Both the position numbers and the translations under genes were made by a program. The notes beneath the pieces were generated by a model. That model did not search any database and had not been told where the DNA came from. It saw nothing but the letters and a program-made list of their open reading frames with translations. Below, one piece after another: positions 60,196-64,000 of a stretch of DNA of 64,000 nt. The DNA comes from an uncultured Poribacteria bacterium (lineage in GTDB: Bacteria > Poribacteria > WGA-4E > WGA-3G). The stretch covers positions 5,024,001 through 5,088,000 of the forward strand of contig OX638351.1 in NCBI GenBank assembly GCA_951813565.1, read 5' to 3'. The number at the start of each line of letters is the position of its first letter. The first letter of the stretch is position 1.

Positions 60196-60960
60196 ATGAA
60201 AGTAGGTATTAGAGACGGAATGTTACCTGTTCCGTTCGCAGAATCGTTTAAGAAAGCAAAAGAGATAGGATTTGACGGTATTGAACTTTGCATGGGTGTA
60301 AATTATCGAGAACATACGCTTTGGCAAGAAGGCGGAATTGACACAGTAAATAGCCTCGCAGAAGAAGCAGGCATAGAAGTATCATCGCTCTCCCCGGGTG
60401 GTTTTACGGCATATTCCTTTATGCATCCAACGGATAGTGTGCGTACCGAAGGCATTGCGAAGTTGCAGTATCTCGCGGAAACATGCCCGAAATTAGACAC
60501 GAACGTTATCCTTGTGCCATTTTTTGGTGGCGGTCAAATAAAAGATGAGCATATCACCGACCCGCGTTTCCTTGATGGCGTAAAGGCTGCTGCAGATACT
60601 GCTGAGAAACATGACGTATTTCTCGCTATTGAATCTACATTAAGCGCGGACCAACACCAACAAATTATTGACCAAGTCGGTTCAAAAAATGTCGGTGTAT
60701 ATTACGATATGGGAAATGCGACAAATTTCGGCTACGACTCACCGTCCGAAATTCGGAGTTTAGGCAGTTCAATCGTGCAAATGCATATTAAAGACACAGG
60801 AGGCAACCACGCTGGTGAAGGTGATGTTGACTTTCCCGCAGTTTTTGAGTCAGCACATGCAATTGGCTACGATAGTTGGTTTGTGCTTGAAACGCCTGGG
60901 AAAGACGATCCAATCGCGTCAGCCGCGAAGAACCTGAATTTTGTCAGAAACAACTTCTGA
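60196..60960 (+). CDS. Sugar phosphate isomerase/epimerase (UlaE-like TIM barrel)
   Basis: GFDGIEL, LVPFF, LAIE, YYDMGN, HIKD. Confidence 0.88.
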   Translation: MKVGIRDGMLPVPFAESFKKAKEIGFDGIELCMGVNYREHTLWQEGGIDTVNSLAEEAGIEVSSLSPGGFTAYSFMHPTDSVRTEGIAKLQYLAETCPKLDTNVILVPFFGGGQIKDEHITDPRFLDGVKAAADTAEKHDVFLAIESTLSADQHQQIIDQVGSKNVGVYYDMGNATNFGYDSPSEIRSLGSSIVQMHIKDTGGNHAGEGDVDFPAVFESAHAIGYDSWFVLETPGKDDPIASAAKNLNFVRNNF

Positions 60961-61096
60961 ACTTGGTAGATTGTGGCTGTAGGGCGTTTCTATCGCCTTA
61001 CAGGAAACTAAATAGTCCAAGAATGAAACAGATTGAAAATAATCAGCTATCTACAAGAAAACTTGACATTTTGCATAATTGACCTGGAGGGTTGGT

Positions 61097-61900
61097 ATGA
61101 ACAATCAGAAATTAGTTATCCCACAATCAGAAGCCAAGAAACTACTATCACTCCCCACACGCGAAGCAGAACAACTTTTCCAAAGTTACGAAAAAGACCA
61201 ACAACTTGAGATTATCCGTGCAACCCGCAACCCGAAACAGCGAGAAGAATTATATTATCTTGTGCCAGACTGCACAGAGTTAATTCAGGATAGTCCTACC
61301 GAAGATGTCCTACAAGTGCTTGACACACTTCTTGGAACCGGTCTCGCATGCGGTCTATTACCGTGTTTATCTAACGAACAATTTGAAGAGATCATCGACA
61401 TTGCGATTTGGCGCGATGGAAATTTAGATGAAAAATCGCTAAGTTTGTGGCTATTTGAGTTATCTGAATGTGAGAGAGACGACCTTAGCCGCTTCCTCGG
61501 GCAAATAGACCTGCGTATTCTTGCTGGACTCCTCAAAGATCGTGTCAAGTTGAAAGGTGCACTCGGTGCGATGCTGATAGATGAAGGTGTCATTGATCCG
61601 AGTTCCCCATCAATCGAATGTAAAGATGACCAAGCCAGAGCGATTCTCAATGCAATATGGGAAGCAGATGGAGACCTTTTCAATCGACTTATGCGAGACA
61701 TTTTCGCTATTGACAAGGAAACAAGTGTAGATGAAGGATTAGTTTCCGCATTAGAAAGGGCAAGTGCAGAAAGGGCAGAGCGAGTCAAAGCACGTGATAG
61801 TGAAGCAGGAATCAGTGTCACCGAATCTGACCTGAAGCAGCATGTTGATTTGGATTCTCTCGAACTTGCCGAGGATAAAGGGGAAAATGCGGACGAGTAA
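61097..61900 (+). CDS. Hypothetical protein resembling the DUF6178 N-terminal half
   Basis: SNEQFEEIIDIAIWRDG.LD....LWL; family assignment from memory. Confidence 0.55.
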   Translation: MNNQKLVIPQSEAKKLLSLPTREAEQLFQSYEKDQQLEIIRATRNPKQREELYYLVPDCTELIQDSPTEDVLQVLDTLLGTGLACGLLPCLSNEQFEEIIDIAIWRDGNLDEKSLSLWLFELSECERDDLSRFLGQIDLRILAGLLKDRVKLKGALGAMLIDEGVIDPSSPSIECKDDQARAILNAIWEADGDLFNRLMRDIFAIDKETSVDEGLVSALERASAERAERVKARDSEAGISVTESDLKQHVDLDSLELAEDKGENADE

Positions 61901-62837
61901 ATTTTCCCTCGTAGCAGATGCAGTCATTGATGGGCAGTCTTTCTTAGCACGAACGATGCTGCACGGCGATGCCCTCGGTAGAATCGAAGCCGAAAAATCG
62001 GAGACGCTTTCCGAGGACATCGCCGCGCTTGCGCATAAACTAATTACAATGAAGGTCGCTGACCTTTCCAATGAGTCTGAACTTCGCGAACAGATTCAAG
62101 TCGCCTTCGCATTGACGAGTTTGGGTTTAGAATACGGAAGCAAGGGAAACTTGGACAAGGCAGTTAACGTGCTACTTGCAAACCCCATCGTCAAGTTTTT
62201 CCAAATCGGTAATACGCTTACAGACAAATTACTGAAAAAAGCCAGCCACATTCTTGAACACGCGATAATTGAACCAGATGAGTCCCTTTCCCACCTTGAC
62301 ATTGATAGCATTCGTATCTATAACCATGCCGAAGCAAAATTTTTAGACGCCTTAGCCGCATATAATTCTACTATCACCACAACACAAGTAACAATAAAGA
62401 ACGACCATCCACCCCGTGCCTTTACGAATCTTTCTGATATGGAGATTATCCGTCAACAGTTGGATTATATTGAGGCACGATGGGGTTATGTCCAAACATT
62501 GCCGCTTGAAGATATTTTTACGATTGACCCACCCCTTAGCATCGCCGTAGACCCAATTCAAACATTAACACTCAGTTTGATGGCAAATTTGACGGTGTAT
62601 TTTCAACCTGATTTACAGTTGGAAGCGGACACGCTTTCCGATTTTAGAGACATCATCTATGATGAAAGCAGTGGCGAGATTAGAGAGGCGCCACGCCAAC
62701 GTTTGTTAGATTGGATTGAAAACTATCTTGAACAAGATAACCAACCTGACGATGTAAAAAAGTATACTGTGGCATATTGGGATGCCTGCCTGCAGGAAAT
62801 GATTGATCCAGATTCCAATTTGGGGTTGTTGTTATAA
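61887..62837 (+). CDS. Hypothetical protein resembling the DUF6178 C-terminal half
   Basis: AALAHKL...SLGLE...KFFQIG; overlaps the upstream gene by 14 bp. Confidence 0.5.
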   Translation: MRTSKFSLVADAVIDGQSFLARTMLHGDALGRIEAEKSETLSEDIAALAHKLITMKVADLSNESELREQIQVAFALTSLGLEYGSKGNLDKAVNVLLANPIVKFFQIGNTLTDKLLKKASHILEHAIIEPDESLSHLDIDSIRIYNHAEAKFLDALAAYNSTITTTQVTIKNDHPPRAFTNLSDMEIIRQQLDYIEARWGYVQTLPLEDIFTIDPPLSIAVDPIQTLTLSLMANLTVYFQPDLQLEADTLSDFRDIIYDESSGEIREAPRQRLLDWIENYLEQDNQPDDVKKYTVAYWDACLQEMIDPDSNLGLLL

Positions 62838-63011
62838 TACAATTCCCTTGGTGTCATCTGAACCAGGATTTTCAAGATTGTGAAGTTCTCCTGATTGAAA
62901 TTTATCTCTTGTGGGAGGGCTTTTTAAGCCCGATATATGATTGCATAACGGTTGGAAACTCGCGGATCCCTTAGGCACATGCAACGTTGATTCAGTTAGG
63001 GTTATTTAGTT

Positions 63012-63050
63012 TCGCAATATATAATTTATGAAATAAATTATATATTGCGA
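63012..63050. other. Perfect 18-bp AT-rich inverted repeat with 3-nt loop
   Basis: TCGCAATATATAATTTAT-GAA-ATAAATTATATATTGCGA. Confidence 0.8.
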
Positions 63051-63222
63051 TAAGTTTTATGCGCTACATTGAGATCGGGGCGTTGATGGTAAACTCACGA
63101 TGTCGGTGATACCGATGAGTGTTATGCCTTTTGATTTCGTTTTGATGGCTAAAAACAGGATCCCACTGATGACACCGAGCCGGAGTAAGAAAATCAGTAT
63201 CTGCTGTATCAGTTCCATGTAC

Positions 63223-63446
63223 CCTACATTCCGCACTTCGAATTTCCGATTTTCGATATTTATTTCTCAAACCTGCGTGGCACCTACATCGAGCAAGCAA
63301 TTTCAGGTGAACCAGAAAAAAAGAAAAGTGACAAGTGGAATCTTAATTCACGGCACCAAATCTCCTATTATCCGGCACGGATCCTTTCGTGACACGGGTT
63401 TGTCCTATAAATATTAAATTCTGATTAAACAACTGCGGAATGTGGG
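63223..63446. mobile_element. Second copy of the 223-bp MITE (inverted relative to 1787-2009)
   Basis: Same TIRs and internal sequence. Confidence 0.8.
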
Positions 63447-63677
63447 TGGTATCTACCATATTGATGTATTAGATGATATTAATTCCTTGAAAGGTCTGAT
63501 AAAAGAATTTAACAGTCTTATTATTGAACCGATTCGCCAAAAGCGTAAACAAAAGAGCATCACATAATAATTATATTCCGAAAGTCATTTGAAACGGAAA
63601 AAGAGGCGAAACAGCGTGCTATATCCGAGATGGGAATATACACCAACGTTTTTATGTTGTCCTCCGACGCAAGCGCA

Positions 63678-63961
63678 CTAACGACTTGACCTCTTTAGCA
63701 TCTTTTCATATTCACTGTGGGGACCGATCCAATACCAAATAATCTGACCATCATCTTCATATCCTAAGCTCTATAATCGTTGGTAATTCGTATTGACCAG
63801 AGACCAGCAGAGACTTTTTTGAAGCGAAGTGATGGATATAAGGGATTTTCTTGTAGGATTTGGAATTGTCTGGCAGCACGTCTTTGTATATTTTGCGGAA
63901 GTTTTTGCACCAATCCTATAAAATTCGGATTTCTGATGTGCTCAAATTGTAAGTTATTCAT
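63678..63961 (-). pseudogene. RelE/ParE-like toxin with a 1-bp deletion at ~63767; the tail of its antitoxin lies at the window edge
   Basis: YPSLRFKKV..WSIRITNDYRA(L)GYEDDGQIIWYWIGPHSEY; upstream ...KAGRCSKIV* resembles the antitoxin tails at 15.5 and 16.3 kb. Confidence 0.75.
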
Positions 63962-64000
63962 GCCTGTCTTACACGATCTTAGAACACCTGCCTGCTTTGT

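Noticed and set aside
1787..63446. One 61-kb composite transposon bounded by the inverted MITE copies
   Set aside because: The interval holds core genes (smc, recG, rsgA) and outer flanks show no target duplication

Overview
Bacterial chromosomal window, most likely Candidatus Poribacteria. This is an inference from several secreted LamG-like proteins sharing a C-terminal 'V.P..K....WG.LK' tail, plus sulfatases, a phytanoyl-CoA dioxygenase and a Gfo/Idh/MocA expansion. Core genes are smc, recG, rsgA, a cis-prenyltransferase and a ComF-family gene. They sit among catabolic genes, a PQQ-like propeller plus EhpF/GriC and GriD-like cluster, five type II toxin-antitoxin pairs (three toxins broken), two tnpB-only IS200/IS605 elements with readable ends, a REP-flanked RAYT, and many MITEs and REPs. 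No rRNA, tRNA or CRISPR was seen. Best candidates for undescribed biology: (1) a tandem array of ~2.35-kb cassettes (variable secreted protein + TolB-like propeller) with identical control regions, each bounded by a copy of the 3' end of a host gene (47.5-52.3 kb), with a similar gene-tail architecture around TA cassettes at 15.1-16.6 kb; (2) a family of 34-56-bp 'AATCAAC+hairpin' micro-insertions that sit in REP palindromes and inside each other without target duplication; (3) a switch-like 5' leader RNA shared by otherwise unrelated secreted-protein operons. All calls come from reading the sequence and from recalled family motifs; no searches were run.
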